From the NCBI RefSeq assembly GCF_006345805.1, contig NC_042997.1, positions 116,870,001 to 116,934,000 on the forward strand: 64,000 nt of DNA, written 5' to 3'. This DNA is from Octopus sinensis (lineage: Eukaryota). The translations under genes and the position numbers were made by a program. The notes under the pieces were generated by a model, which was given only the letters and a program-made list of their open reading frames with translations, did not search any database and was not told the origin of the DNA. The first letter of the stretch is position 1; every line of letters begins with the position of its first letter. Shown here one piece after another: positions 1 to 13,482 of the stretch.

Positions 1-404
1 TTGACAATGTAAACTTTCTAAATAATTGAAAAAAGTGTCAACTGCTAATTAATCCTAATGAATTTCTACATTATTCATAAAAAAAAGATATATATATTTT
101 CTTTGGAATTGAACTGGTTATATGCTTTTAATATTGAAGAGTAAATGGAATCGGAGCTACTTCAATATGAAATGTAACAAAAAAATGTTGGAATTATAAA
201 GTAAAAAACTTCTTGGAATCTGTTTACATTAAGTGCCACATTAACCTTTATGACAACTACAGCTCGTAGATCATAATACCAGGAATCTTTATCGTTTTCA
301 TCTATTATATCATTTATTCTTTATTTTCCCTCCTTTCTCTGTACACACACACATCTTTTATATAGAGTAAACATTATCTTATATCAATAGAATTGATAGA
401 TATT

Positions 405-640
405 TTTTGATATTCTCCCAAAGTGCCTGAGGAACCTGCACGAAATAGATGTAGGCGTTTTTAAATCAAGGCTGGACCTCTTCCTGTCAAGAGGCCCAGA
501 TGAACCTACCTCACGGCAAGAGGTGCAAATGAGGGTAGCTACATCAAACTCCATTCTTCACCAAATGCCACATATTAGAGGAGGTTCTCAGTAATAACAG
601 TGTAGCAAAATGGCGGTCTCCAGCATAGCCACAGATCTGA
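405..640 (+). mobile_element. 3' fragment of CR1/L2-group LINE (same family as 60532-61402)
   Basis: Translates FDILPKCLRNLHEIDVGVFKSRLDLFLSRGPDEPTSRQEVQMRVATSNSILHQM, matching the C-terminus of ORF 60613-61044. Followed by the same 3' UTR (ggcggt..cagcatagccacag). Confidence 0.85.
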
Positions 641-706
641 GCTATGCTGGGGCACCGCCATTTTGCTACACTGTTATTACTGAGAACCTCCTCTAATATA
701 TGGCAT
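565..706. repeat. Fold-back inverted repeat of the LINE 3' end (~65 bp arms)
   Basis: 565-629 is the near-exact reverse complement of 641-706, with an 11-nt loop. Confidence 0.9.
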
Positions 707-1171
707 ATTGTTTGTATAAAGAAAGCTAAAATATAAATACTTACTGTACAAACAACTTACATTTTGAAATCACATTCACGTAAAAATATTTCTAAACGAT
801 TAAAATATTGTGTTTAACAAAAGCGAACATTAGAAATATTTACTGTAAAAAAACAAATCATACATTTTTCGTTGTCATATATCTGTCCAATCGAAAGGTT
901 AGAGTTTCTTCCCTTTCAGAATGAAGTAAAATTCAGAACCTTTCTCCATTTTTGAGCATTTATACTCCCAAACACCGAATATCTCTATAACTCAATATCT
1001 CAAAAGCTCCGATTTACGCGAAACTTGTTTCATTCCGTTCTTATTAGCATTTCAAGGTAGACTTAATTCACAGTATTTTCCCATTATGCGCCAGTTTGGC
1101 TGGGTAACATTGCAAGCAGGCAAGCAAGCAAGATTCAAACTGACTTTTAATGTATATAGATGGTAGGGTAA

Positions 1172-1390
1172 AGCGAGCGGTGAGCTTACAGAATCATCAG
1201 CGGGTGGGGCAAAATGCTTAGCTGTATTTCATCCGCTTTTACGTTCTGAATTCAAATTCCGCCGAGATCGACTTTGACTGTCATCCTTTTCGGGGTCGAT
1301 AAAATAAGCACCCGTTGAGCACTGTGGTCAGTGCAACTTACCCATCTCCTGTAATTACTGACCTTGGGCCAAATTTTGAAACCATTATTA
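1172..1390 (+). mobile_element. SINE family A (tRNA-like head, Nin/Deu-like domain), diverged
   Basis: ttcaaattccgccgagatcgactttgactgtcatcctttt cggggtcgataaaataag matches the copies at 25116 and 44785. Confidence 0.8.
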
Positions 1391-1455
1391 AGAGTAGGAT
1401 GGTGGATTGGTAGAATTGTTCCGAGCGATATTTAGTTACGGATCTTTTGGATCTA

Positions 1456-1700
1456 TTGGGCTGGTGCATAATTATTGCGGTTTTTTTGCAACTAATATTA
1501 TTTAAAGATTAACAATAACAATATTTAACAAAAACATCTTTAAATTACGGTCTGACTGTCTGCCAAGCAAATGGGAAGCAGAAATTGAAGTACAAGGTGA
1601 ATATGCTCCGAAATAATCATTTAAATATGTTTTTGTTACGTGTTATCGCTTTTTTTGTTTTTTTTTTAAAAAAAGCCGCAATAATTATGCACCAACCCAA
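1456..1700. mobile_element. mariner-derived MITE inserted in an old SINE
   Basis: TIRs ttgggctggtgcataattattgcgg / ccgcaataattatgcaccaacccaa with TA on both sides. The TIR resembles Hsmar1/MADE1-type ends. Confidence 0.85.
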
Positions 1701-1974
1701 TAATTTTAAATCTCGCCAATGACAACTTTGCCAACAAAATATACTTTCAATCAAGTGTTGGGGTTGATATAATTGACTAACAACGCCCATCAAATTTTAG
1801 GGCTTTTATCTATGTGAAAAATTTTTAGCAGTGCTGGGAAATACTTGTGTCGAACAAAAATTCCTTGCGGTTTTCCATGCTTTCAGTTAATTTCCTATTG
1901 AAATTAACTTAAACATTTCATTCTGCTGCATTGATAAAATAAGGTATCAGTCAAATACCGGGGTAGGTTTGATA

Positions 1975-2660
1975 CTTCTTCTAATGTCCGATGGCGCCTT
2001 GGAGCGGCACATCGGGCAGTCAGCGATCGCCAATTATCTCCGTCTCTTGTTAACCGGTATGCTTCTTCTCAGGTGATGTTCACTCTGCGCAGGTCTTCTT
2101 TGAAGATACTACACCATGTCTTCCTTGGCCGGCCTCTTTTCCTCTTACCTTCCAACTGCATCCAGCCCATGGTTGTTTTGGCAAGCCTCTTCTCTAGCAT
2201 TCTTAGTATGTTTTCCAGCCATTCTCATTCGTCGTCCGGTTACAGTTGCATGTAGGGGCCTTATTCTTACTGCTTGGAGAATGGCTTTATTTGTCATTCT
2301 GACTCGGTGAGTGATCTTTAGGATCTTTCTAAGGCGCCATTGACAAAATACATCGAGTTGACGGGCGATTTTTGCTGTCATCTTCCAGATCTCAACTGCA
2401 TACATTGCTATTAGCAATATTGCTGTTTTGTACAGGCGAATCTTCAGCGCAATACCTATGTTATTGCTACACAAAAGTGTTGTCAGTTTTCTAAATACTG
2501 CCACTGCCTTGCCAACCTGCAGCTTACATCTGTCTATGTATCGCCGTTGCTTGTCAGTATGCTTCACAAATATGTGAAGCCTGTAACTTTTTCAACTGGT
2601 TCTTGTCCAACTTTCACTAGTACACGTTTCACTTATTTCCCAACATGCATTACCCTCGTT
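1975..2660 (-). mobile_element. RTE-clade LINE, 3' fragment (RT C-terminal region)
   Basis: ORF 2145-2567 reads KIRLYKTAIL..MYAVEIW..LDVF..WRLRKILKI..TNKAIL..RRMRMAGK, then RPGRPRKTW in another frame. These are typical RTE motifs. Confidence 0.85.
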
Positions 2661-3240
2661 TTTTTTGTTTTTGTTTTATATACCTCCACCAATTTCTGAT
2701 CTCGTACCTATTTTAGAAATCTGTTGTAGATTTGTATAAAGCCTTGTAATATTTTTCTTACAGCTTTTAAAGTAACAAATTTAAATTACACGTAGATCAA
2801 TTTTATTTTTCATCCTTGCAAAGTGGTAAAATGAAATTAGTATTTCAAGCACTGGAGTCGATTACATCGACCCCAATCTCCTGCCCATAAAATTTTCAGA
2901 CTTGTACCAAAATTTGAAAGAGCTAGTGTAGGCAGAAATGGGGTTAATGTCCTTGATTCCAGGTCACAACTACTTTCCTTTGATATCAAGGTCCTTTTGA
3001 GCAGCCCTTGCTATTCTCAGAACATATTTTTGAATAAATGCACCCTTCTCCATCAAAAACTAGAAAATCTCTTGGTAACGGTACATAGGGCGACTATAAC
3101 CACTTGGGTTACTTTTGTTCAAGTTAAACATACAATTTCTAAGCCAAATTTGTATAGTTCTGATACTAAGATATATCTGTGCATTTTACCAGACGTCATT
3201 TTTAAAACCTGTATGGCACTCGATAGTAGAAGGATTTGCT

Positions 3241-3672
<432 letters not shown>

Positions 3673-5132
3673 AGCTTCGTATGGGTAAATATGCGTTTGC
3701 TTGTGAATATGAGTAAATTTTTGTGTAGGTGTGTCCTTAGAAAGTTTCCTACCAATAATTATGGACACTAGTTTATTGTCAACTCGAATTGCATTCATTC
3801 TCCTAGATTTTATTCATTTTTATCGTGAATTCCATATGAAAATTAACAATGAATTCCAACACCAAGTAGTAACAATCGACACTTAATCTCTTTGTAAATC
3901 ATAATCTATATTAATGCTAACCATACATAAAATAGTAGTATTCCGGAAACCAGGACACCAATCCATTAATTTTGGAATATATAGTAATTATCATGAAAAT
4001 ATTAAAGCAGTTATATCATAAAGACCAGCGTAATTCAATAATTCTTTTCGATAGGTTTTATTAAATATAACTGTAACTCTTGCCGAAAAGTTTTGGGATG
4101 CATTGATTTTATTTGCATAACTTTAGTAATTGGAAACTATTAATCTTAGATCATATTTATACCGCAAACTTTTCTGCTTTTCAAGAATTGTTTTATGAAA
4201 TATTTATATAATCAATATGCGTCTCTATCAACCACAGATCAACACTATTTATTTTTCATATATTTTAAATATTTTTTCTTGGTTGCTAAATATCCAAATA
4301 AAATTCTGGTATTGTTCTGACATAAAATAGTGCAACTGCAACAGGCAAATAAAATAACAATATTTTTTCCCTTGTATTTTTCTCCCTTAATATATTTTTC
4401 TTTGTATATGATCACGTGATAGTGTATTGTCACGTCTAAAAGGTTATTGATATAGCATTTTTCATTAATGTTGTTAATCAATTAGGCGAAAATACAGATT
4501 AGTCAGCAAAATATAAATGCAGTTTATAATTTTGTTCCAAGTTATTGACTTCTCACAGATCCAATTTGCTTAAATAGTTATTGCATGGCAAATAATTGAA
4601 TTTATACTTTTTCCTCATACACATTTATTTATTAGGTTTATTATATTTCTCTCCTTGCCTATTCCATGCACATACACACACATCATTATGGATGTGAGAG
4701 AATATGCGTGTGCGATAACCACAATCGAGAAGTTAAGAAATTCACTTCACAATCATGAGTCCCTAGGTTTGGGCAAGTGTCACTTTCTATAGCCAAGCGT
4801 GAGCCTATATCTTGAAAATGAAACTGGGCCGATGGAAACTGTGTGGAAGCTCATAACATAAATTGCGCTTAGGTTCAGTCCTGTAACAGACTGAGAATTA
4901 CTGATACACAAGTCTGGGGATTAGGCAGCCACTTACACGTTAATGCAATGAGCCTAGTAGTTCAGTCCTTCTAGAAAAGGTACACTTATCAAAAATTCAG
5001 TTTTCAGTAATTTGCTAGCCGTGATTAGACAGCCTAACAGTGGGTAGTAAGCCAAAGCTTCGAAGTTAACCAACCATTTCATTGGAAAAAATTAAGATGG
5101 TACTCTACTAAATAATATACAATGTTCAACTG

Positions 5133-5444
5133 TACATTATTTACATTAATTACATTTGACGGATATTTGCCCCCATTTTGTTTGTTGTTAACACAACGTT
5201 TCGGCTGATATACCCTCCAGCCTTCATCAGGTGTCTTTGAGAAGCTTCGAAACTGGGTTCTCATTCCTAAGGCATTTTTCGATGTTATTATTATTATTAT
5301 TATTATGAAGGTAACTGCCTGGAATCGAACTCGGAATCTTGGGTTTAGTGGCCCACGCTATTAGCTACTACGCCATATGCCCGTGGACAAATGTAAATAA
5401 TGTAAATGATGTACAAAATTCCTCATCTCTTCAATATAGAACTG
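5133..5444 (-). mobile_element. tRNA-headed, hammerhead-containing short retroelement with inverted tail and 12-bp TSD
   Basis: TSD aatgttcaactg at 5121-5132 and 5445-5456. Minus-strand head 5382-5310 has A-box TGGCGTAGTAG and B-box GTTCGATTCC. Hammerhead fold at 5235-5190. Inverted arms 5131-5158 / 5388-5415. Confidence 0.8.
5190..5235 (-). ncRNA. Minimal type-I hammerhead ribozyme motif
   Basis: GACAC CUGAUGA A GGCUG-GAGGGUAUAU-CAGCC GAAA CG U U GUGUU. Core is intact, stem II is 5-6 bp, stem III is palindromic (AACGUU), stem I is GACAC/GUGUU. Confidence 0.75.
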
Positions 5445-7269
5445 AATGTTCAACTGGTTTTATATATAACTTTATATAAATGCAAACAAATATACACGCA
5501 GGTATCTACGAGTCAATGAACAATCGAAAGTAGTGAACAAACGAACGAAAGTAGCACTCAACACGTTTGGTGTTAGTTGCATGTATATAAAGTGTAAGAA
5601 TAGGGAAAACCTCGTCACGCCTTCTTCTCAGACAGGAGAGTTTGGGATTATTGAAATTACACCCTCAAAATCAAACCAACTATCCTTGACAGGGCACTTC
5701 TTCACCAACGTGGAGCTCATAACTACCAACTGTGCCTACGTATGAAACTACAAATCCCACCAGTCTCTTAGTATCAATAAAAGGATAGACTTACTGTTGC
5801 CGCCAGAAGTGCCACTTTTAATGAACTTCAAAGATCTAGCCACCGATTACCCCTCCCACACACACTCATATATAATACTACCCTAAGCGTAGCTGAACCG
5901 TACAAGTATAGGTCATATAATCCATGCTGCCCATTTATGGTCTATAAACCACTCGCATTGGTTCCTTATTCTTAACTCTAAACACCACCATCAAATGCTG
6001 ACTTTTACATAATGGCTGCTCTTGTGTCCAGACTCCACAGAATAATGAGTGATCATGCTTTCTTCAACAAGTGCGAAGTGTGGCATCCAATGTACGGTAC
6101 TGATGGCGCTGTATACACCACATTGCAGTCTGTAAACAAAGTGGACTCAATATCCTACAAGCATTCTATTTAAAAATACGGGAAATAACCGACATCACAA
6201 AATTACAATCACGTGACCATAGCTGGCACCAATAACAACCTAACTATCTAGAAGCTATTTTCAATTTCGTTTGAAATCTTTACTCAGCGTGATATCTTTT
6301 TATTATTTTAAAATGGAGCAGGAGCAGTTGAGATAAAAGCATTGTGACCAATAAGATTATGTGTTAGGTGGCGAGTAAATGTTATAAGATTTTAGCTTCA
6401 GATTGATTTTTAACCTTGTTACTTATATCATTTGGTCCTATTCTTCATATTCTGCAAAAATCCGTAGAGTATACAGTGGCGTTGGAGAAAATATGGTTCG
6501 AATCTTGTTGAGGCAATTCTAATATCGAAAACTTAGCATGCCATATAATGTAGTTCGCTGGTGTGGCGAGAATACATGAGAAAACGGTACTTCAGCTAGT
6601 CGTACAAACGTAGAGAAACAAAGATAATGACATCTTGATCACTGAACCGAAATGTTCTGATGATCCAAGAACTCATTCGGTGAACTTTATTAATTAACAA
6701 TCAATCATTAAATCTCTAATATCTTAGGTTTGGTGAGAGGTTCTGTCGAGCAAAGATAATTTCTCTTTAAACATATTCTCGTTTCCAAAGAGAATGATCG
6801 CAAATGATTCCTTATTCAGAAGCATATTGATTTTTCCACCTAATATAATCTTGCATAGGAAGGCAGACAGACATTCAGGTAGCAAGATAACAAAACATAT
6901 CTCAGTTTGATGCCAACTAATATACTATAAGTTTATTATAAATATATAACGTTATTGAGGCATTGACGAAACCTAATAAATAATTGCAAAATTTTCCTCA
7001 AATTTCACACTACCTTAAAGAGGCTAAGACATATTGGCCAATATGTTATATCGGAATAACAGACGAGGTGGTAATATTTGGAGTAACTTTGATAATAAGT
7101 CAGATAATAAGTAACTTTGATAATATGTTTGATAATAACAACTTATAAAAATATTAAATGTCCTTTGATAATCACAGGGAACGAATTAATTCTTTTTATA
7201 CGCGCAAACATTTCTCGCTGTAATTTTACACCGTTAAATTTTATGACCTAATCACAGTTTCAAATCGCG

Positions 7270-7520
7270 CCGTTTCATCCATTTGTCCTCAGAGCTAAAA
7301 CTTCTTCGGTGTAGTGAAAAATGTTTTGAATTAGTAATAATTGTTTATGAACATTTGCATATATATTCTTGACATGTCTAAGCAGCTTCAGAGATAAAAT
7401 ACGCTCTGTAGTGCATGTCTTAGCAAAATAATTTCTCTCTTTAAGACAGTGGTGTGTTGAACACGTTTGTTTCATTGGCGCACAGCTTTCTGAGACACCG
7501 GTAATTTTATATGTGTCTCG
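7270..7520 (-). mobile_element. Possible highly decayed hAT (Buster-like) transposase fragment
   Basis: ORF 7275-7475 has THHCL..RN..AK and FHYTE, resembling the hAT motifs HCxxHR and HTEVRW. Confidence 0.3.
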
Positions 7521-9429
7521 TCATCCAGAAGTAGCCGGAACTTTGAGACTAATCAAAGCCGCTGGCTTTGTTTATACTTTCACCGAAGAAACTGTTTGCT
7601 GTTCCGTGCTTATATCTAGTAACTGATTGAGAAATGGTTTTTGCAGCGTCTACAGAAAGAACAGGGATAGATATTTGCATATTTATTCTTAATTATTCGA
7701 AAACTATAAATTAAACTGTTACGTAAAACTTGACGACCAGTAATGAATCATCTTTATAATTTTTTAAATATTATAACGCTGATTACCATATGCTTGTACG
7801 TTGGCCATAGCTATAGAGGGTTGTTTGAGTTTAAGCTTTCCTCTTAAGACAAAGAAAATGTCTCCGGATAGGTAATGAAAATAAACGATTGCATTTTGGT
7901 AACGAATGCATCATTCCACCGCCGAGTAAAATTCACGATTATCTCTCAGAAACGCCACCACTACCACCACGTGATGTTTATAGCAAACAAATATGAATTA
8001 ATTTCTTTTCATAAATATATTTTTGAATTTCTAGAACAGAATGGAATTTGCTACTATATAATGAAAGTCACGTACTGCGATTACAAGAAACCATTCTCAC
8101 GGAAAGAAAAGAAAAATTAAAAACGTTGAACTTCGGAACAAAGAAAGCGTTTTCAATTATTTATTGCTTTGTAAATATTTAACTTCCATCAAGTATTTAT
8201 TTAGTGTGAATGAATATCACATAATGAATAATATGCAAAAATATCTAAGTTAGATATATGAAGAGAAAATTATGATTAAAACTAATACTGGACGCTGTGG
8301 GGATAAATAAATTGAAATTTCAAATGTAGGCTTGGTTTTAATGGCTTATTTAGAGTAGGAAAGGCAACTTCCATATTTTTATTTTTAAAAGCTTTCCTCA
8401 CTAACGGAGAACATTTCATTGCAAATATGAAGAGTAGATGTTCTCTCTTAGAGTAACTTCCTTCATTCCACCGACCAAAGAAGCTCAGTGACTATGTGGT
8501 GATATCAAATTGGATTACCGATCCAGGTTACCATTCCAAACAGACATGATCACTTCAAAAGGATTCCACACTGTATCCATATACTGAATTTCTATTACAA
8601 GGCTTTGGCTGACTCGAAGATATGGCAGACAGGCACTTAAACAAGGTGATTCACACAGGTATTGATTCCGAAATCACGTGGTTGCGTTACAAACTTCCTT
8701 TACCACACAACTATGACTGAAATCAAAGCTACAGAAAATATGCGATTATTCGTAACTTCAACACTTTACATTTGTGTTTATCATTTTCCCTTTGACAGTA
8801 TTTCAAAATGCTAGATGGAATAGTGTGATGTATTTACCTATAATTTTATAGTCTAAATTCAGATCACAGCAGGTGTGGCTACAGGGGTTGAACCCTGATG
8901 TGATTAAGATATTCATAGCTGATGCAATATTTCCCTGAGGCACAAGAACAGTAAACATGTCAGATAGAAATTAAATTTATGTCTCGTACATATGTGAATA
9001 TAAAACAGTTCAAGTTGTATTCGCCTTTAAAGAATATGTAGGCATTCGTATAAAAGATCGATATTACCTATAAATACATAAATGATCAGAATACCAAAAT
9101 TTGTAGCGAATTTCCCAAATATTTCGCTACATTTGTTTCCTCTTAAACATTTAAACAATTCACAATGAATGCTCGTGATTTCACCTATGAACGAACTGCT
9201 CATGATTGCAATATAATCTTAATGTAATAATCTGTTTATATGAAAGAACACATTTTGGCGCAAACTATTTCAGCTGACCAAGTTGATTCGAGAACAAAAA
9301 TGGTGTGCTACTTAGTGCATTTCTAATTCTGTCACCAGTGCTGTATGGATTCCTTGAGCAAGCAATATTTGTAACAACAACGCTTGAAAACAGACGAACG
9401 TCTCATAGGCTTGCAGTTTGTAACTTACC

Positions 9430-12400
9430 CCAGCATTTTACATCCCTTAGAAAAAACTATTTCTAAACCAGAACATTTGATATTGAATTTATTATAAACA
9501 TCGATTTTTGGTCACTTTGCTAAGAATGTCATATAAACTCACAAAAATCAAATCTTAATTTTTCGAAAATGGAAAGAATACGTTACTTAATATTGTTACC
9601 TTTTATCATAAATCTGCTCGTTCAGAAATGGCTTAAAGCCAAACATCAAGAATCAGCGAAATACCAATGAAAATATTCAGTACTATTAATCAGTTACAAT
9701 TAGCTTTTCCAATTATTAAAAAGACATGTGAAACAATAACAAAACCAATTTATAAAATAGTATCACTACCTTAACCTAACAATCTAGTCCCACCGGTAAA
9801 ATATCAATGTTAATTTATCATACATTTTTATCTAACGATAGTTAAATAAGGAATTACATTATTATACTGAGACGGAAAGTTTTCCACTCAACTTAGTTCG
9901 ATGTGTGAAGAAACACAGACTATAATTATTGTTTATGATTATCTACAATCCAGAAATATAATAGAAAATGCATCATGAATGATGTATGACTTATATTCAT
10001 TATTCATTCATAAAGTCAGTGAAAACATTGTCTGTCAACTACGACACGGGAATTAGGACCTCTTAGAATTACATTTGGCATAGGTATCAATGTCATATGT
10101 AGAATGCACACAGGCAAGCATTTCACACACAGACACTAACATACACAAATGAATTTATATTAGTACTAACACACTCACGTACAAATTGTATATTTATTGT
10201 TGTATTGTGAATACTCTCTGTTACAGCCAGAATGAGTTGAATGTCTATCGCAGATTGTATGACTGAATTCTAATGTATAAGCATTAGATTCATAGCAAAC
10301 GTAAAATGCGTGGGCAATCAAAGAAAAGTGAAAAGAAGAAAAAAGATCTCAAATATTATATGCTTAAAAAATTGTTTTTGTAAATATGGTAAGAAGCTTT
10401 ACTACCCAATCATTTATGTCTCTGCAACTTAGTGGTTCTGGAAAAAAAGACCGATAGAACAAGTGTCTGGTTTAAAAAAATCACATATTGGGGTCGATTC
10501 ATTCGACTACAAATTCCAGAAATACGCATACTGATTGCTTGATAATGAAACATGTTGGCACAGTCGCTTTGGCGTCGCTGGTTCAACATTAATTTATAGG
10601 ACATCAGACGTTTTAATATTTCTCATTATATCTCTTTCTCTGAGTGTGTGCCTCTTACTTTTTCTCTTTGTGTATTAGTATCTAGCTAATGTATCATCTC
10701 TATCACTTTCTCTATCACTTTCTCTGTTTGTGTGTGAATATCTAGCTATACTTGTATGCATGTATAATCTCTCTCTCTCTCTCTCTCTCTCAATTCTCTC
10801 AATTTCTTTACTTGTATGTGTGTAGTTCTACGTTCGGGTGAGTGTGTTTGTATGTTTGCCTCCAGTGTCAAAACGTACTGTCACAAAACTGGTTTAATGA
10901 TCAGTCAGCCGTACCAAATTGTCCGCAGCCAAACAGCCGCTCCAAATCTTCTCCTTCGGTGATCACCCATGCATATATTTCAGCATGCCAATACACTCTT
11001 ATTACATACGCAGCACAGTGAAAAGTTTATGACGTTCACTTCGCAGTCACAAAATCCTGGGTTCGGTTCCATTGCGTAATATCCTTAACAAATGTCTTTT
11101 ACCATAGACCCGCATTGACCCTAGCCCTGCGAGTGAAAATGTGTAGGGACATTGGGTGGAAACACGTCAAATGGTTTATACAAGTCATTCAAAGGCACAA
11201 ACTTCTCATACACTGTGCTTGTAAATTAACTTAAGGTCACACATGTCTGCGGAATATTCAGCCACTACATGCTAAATCAATAACTTTGGTACGCAGGTGA
11301 TCTGACAACTTAACACTCAACGTTCAACGTGACGAAAGGTCATTTACATATGCAAATTAAATCACATACATATTTATGTGCTTGTGTGTGCGGATGTGCA
11401 TTCGGAATATGGTTTATGTATGAATTATTCTTATCTTAAATATCGAACTGTACAATTATTTTGATCATATTTTTGAAACACTGAAAGTGAAATACAGAAA
11501 AATAACAGGAAGTAAATTTCTATGAGCTTCTTTTAACAAAACCAAGGCTTCGAACTAGTTTGTTTTTCCTCTACATAGTTTCTTCCATAAAAACCTATTA
11601 TTACATCAATAATTTTGTTTTTTCTTGCTGAATATTCAAAGTACATGTCTATTTTCTTGGAAATATTGAAAATACATGTACACCAATTCCGTTTGTCTAC
11701 GTAACACTTTTCATTGTGTAAAATAATTTCTACTCTTTTTTTCTCTGTCTATCGGTTAATGTGTATATATGTATTTATATTGTATGTCTTACGTGTATAT
11801 ATTTATATTTTGTGTGTTATGTATGCCTACATATTACATATGTATATCTTGTGTGCAATACACACACATTCCGTTTGAGTATGTGTATGCGTATATAAAT
11901 GGAAAGAGAAATTGTGTGTATTTTGTGTACGCCACTCAGTATGGCACATGGCCTGCTTAGCTAAGATAATAGATGAAGTACAATACTGTAGGCTCAATTC
12001 TACTTCGCAGCAAATGCGTGAGATAATGACTAACACTACAATTAAGTAGGTTCATTAATCAAGTGACTGTCATACACAACGTCCGAATCGACACAATGTT
12101 CATTTACTTTATACTATTTTAATATTCCGTCGGGCGAAATGGTTAGTGGTATTTCGTCTGCCGTTACGTTCTGAGTTCAAATTGCGCCGAGGTCGATAAA
12201 TTAAGTACCACTTACGCACTTGGTACAGAACCACCCCGAATCGTTTATTTGTTGTTAATAAGAAGAAACGAGGAAAATATTTTGTGTCTTTAATTTAAGA
12301 GGTTAAGAAGAAAATATTCTGAGATCAGCGTAATAACGTGGACAGCCATTATGGGAACTGGATTTTGATCTTAGAAACAAATCCATAGTGATTAATTTCC

Positions 12401-12720
12401 ACGACAGAACAGTACTATTACAACTTAAACTTTAAAATATCAGGAAGATTCTTTGCTATTATCATTTACTTTCTTTATGAAGTTCAGCCATAATTGTATT
12501 AGATCGCCATCTGTTGTGAGTTATGTGGTCTCTGTAGAAAATAGATGTATAAAGTACTCTGAAAAGCTGATTTTCAACATCTCATTCGAAGACGTAGTCT
12601 ATAATTAAAGCTAAGTTGATGAATCTGTACCGCCTATAAATGTGTTGAGCCATTTTTTATGGCCATCAAATGCTGAGAAAATAGCGTCGATATGAAAAAA
12701 TTAGATTAAAACCATAAAAG
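9430..12720 (+). pseudogene. Decayed Toll-like receptor relic (LRRs, LRR-CT, TIR pieces) interrupted by repeats
   Basis: TSLRK/LFLNQNI (9440-9477, 1-nt frameshift), MSYKLTKIKS*FFEN (9526-9570), QKWLKA (9623-9640), EKLIFNISFEDVV (12561-12599), FLWPSNAEKIASI*KN*IKTI (12654-12716, TIR box-3-like). Confidence 0.5.
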
Positions 12721-13094
12721 GTTTTTCGCCTCATATTTCATCATTCCTTAAGTACATACTATGTAAAGTAGCTCTAACATTATTCAAGCACCTAAGAGTT
12801 ATAGAAAACGTTTTCTTCTCTCGATTGAGGTTGAACCTACAGCAACTACATTATCAGAAATGTAGCAACAGTTAACATTTTCACTGTGTATTCAGTCTTC
12901 AGTATCCTCGAGAAATCAGCGTTTTAACCACATCAAATCACGTCCATTCCTTTGTTGGAGGATTGCGACCACCTACAGCATGTCTCTTAACTATATAATG
13001 TTGTCCAGCTTTCTTAGATGAACACATCGCCGTATGTAGGTTTTCAACATAGGATTAGTACTTTTCTACACCAGAGTTCTCAGACATTCTAATG

Positions 13095-13482
13095 TGATAT
13101 AAAATGAGAAAAAAAAATGGCATCGGAGGGGTGGTGAATACTCTGTGCACACACAAGGATAAAATAAAAATTAATTTGATAAAAATATTTTTAGACGAGT
13201 TCATATTTCAACAAAAGGACATCAAGATATATTTCCCCTGCTCATCGTTTATGCATTACTAACAAAAAAAAAAGCAAAAGATTTTGATGCCCCCCCTTCC
13301 ACCAGTTTTGAAGATAATCAAACCAAACTTTATTGAGTTAAAACCACTCACCCATTGCATATCTCTGCAAAATTTGGTGAAACTCCGCTCAGCCTTTTTC
13401 CAGTAATTTTGCAAAAACACAAACAAACTGACAAAGACAAGTGACTAGAGTACTCTTCTTTCGCTTACACGAGGAGGATAAA
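13095..13482. mobile_element. Possible non-autonomous Helentron/DINE-like element
   Basis: aaatttggtgaaa..acaaacaaactgac followed by a short terminal hairpin-like segment. Resemblance only. Confidence 0.25.
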
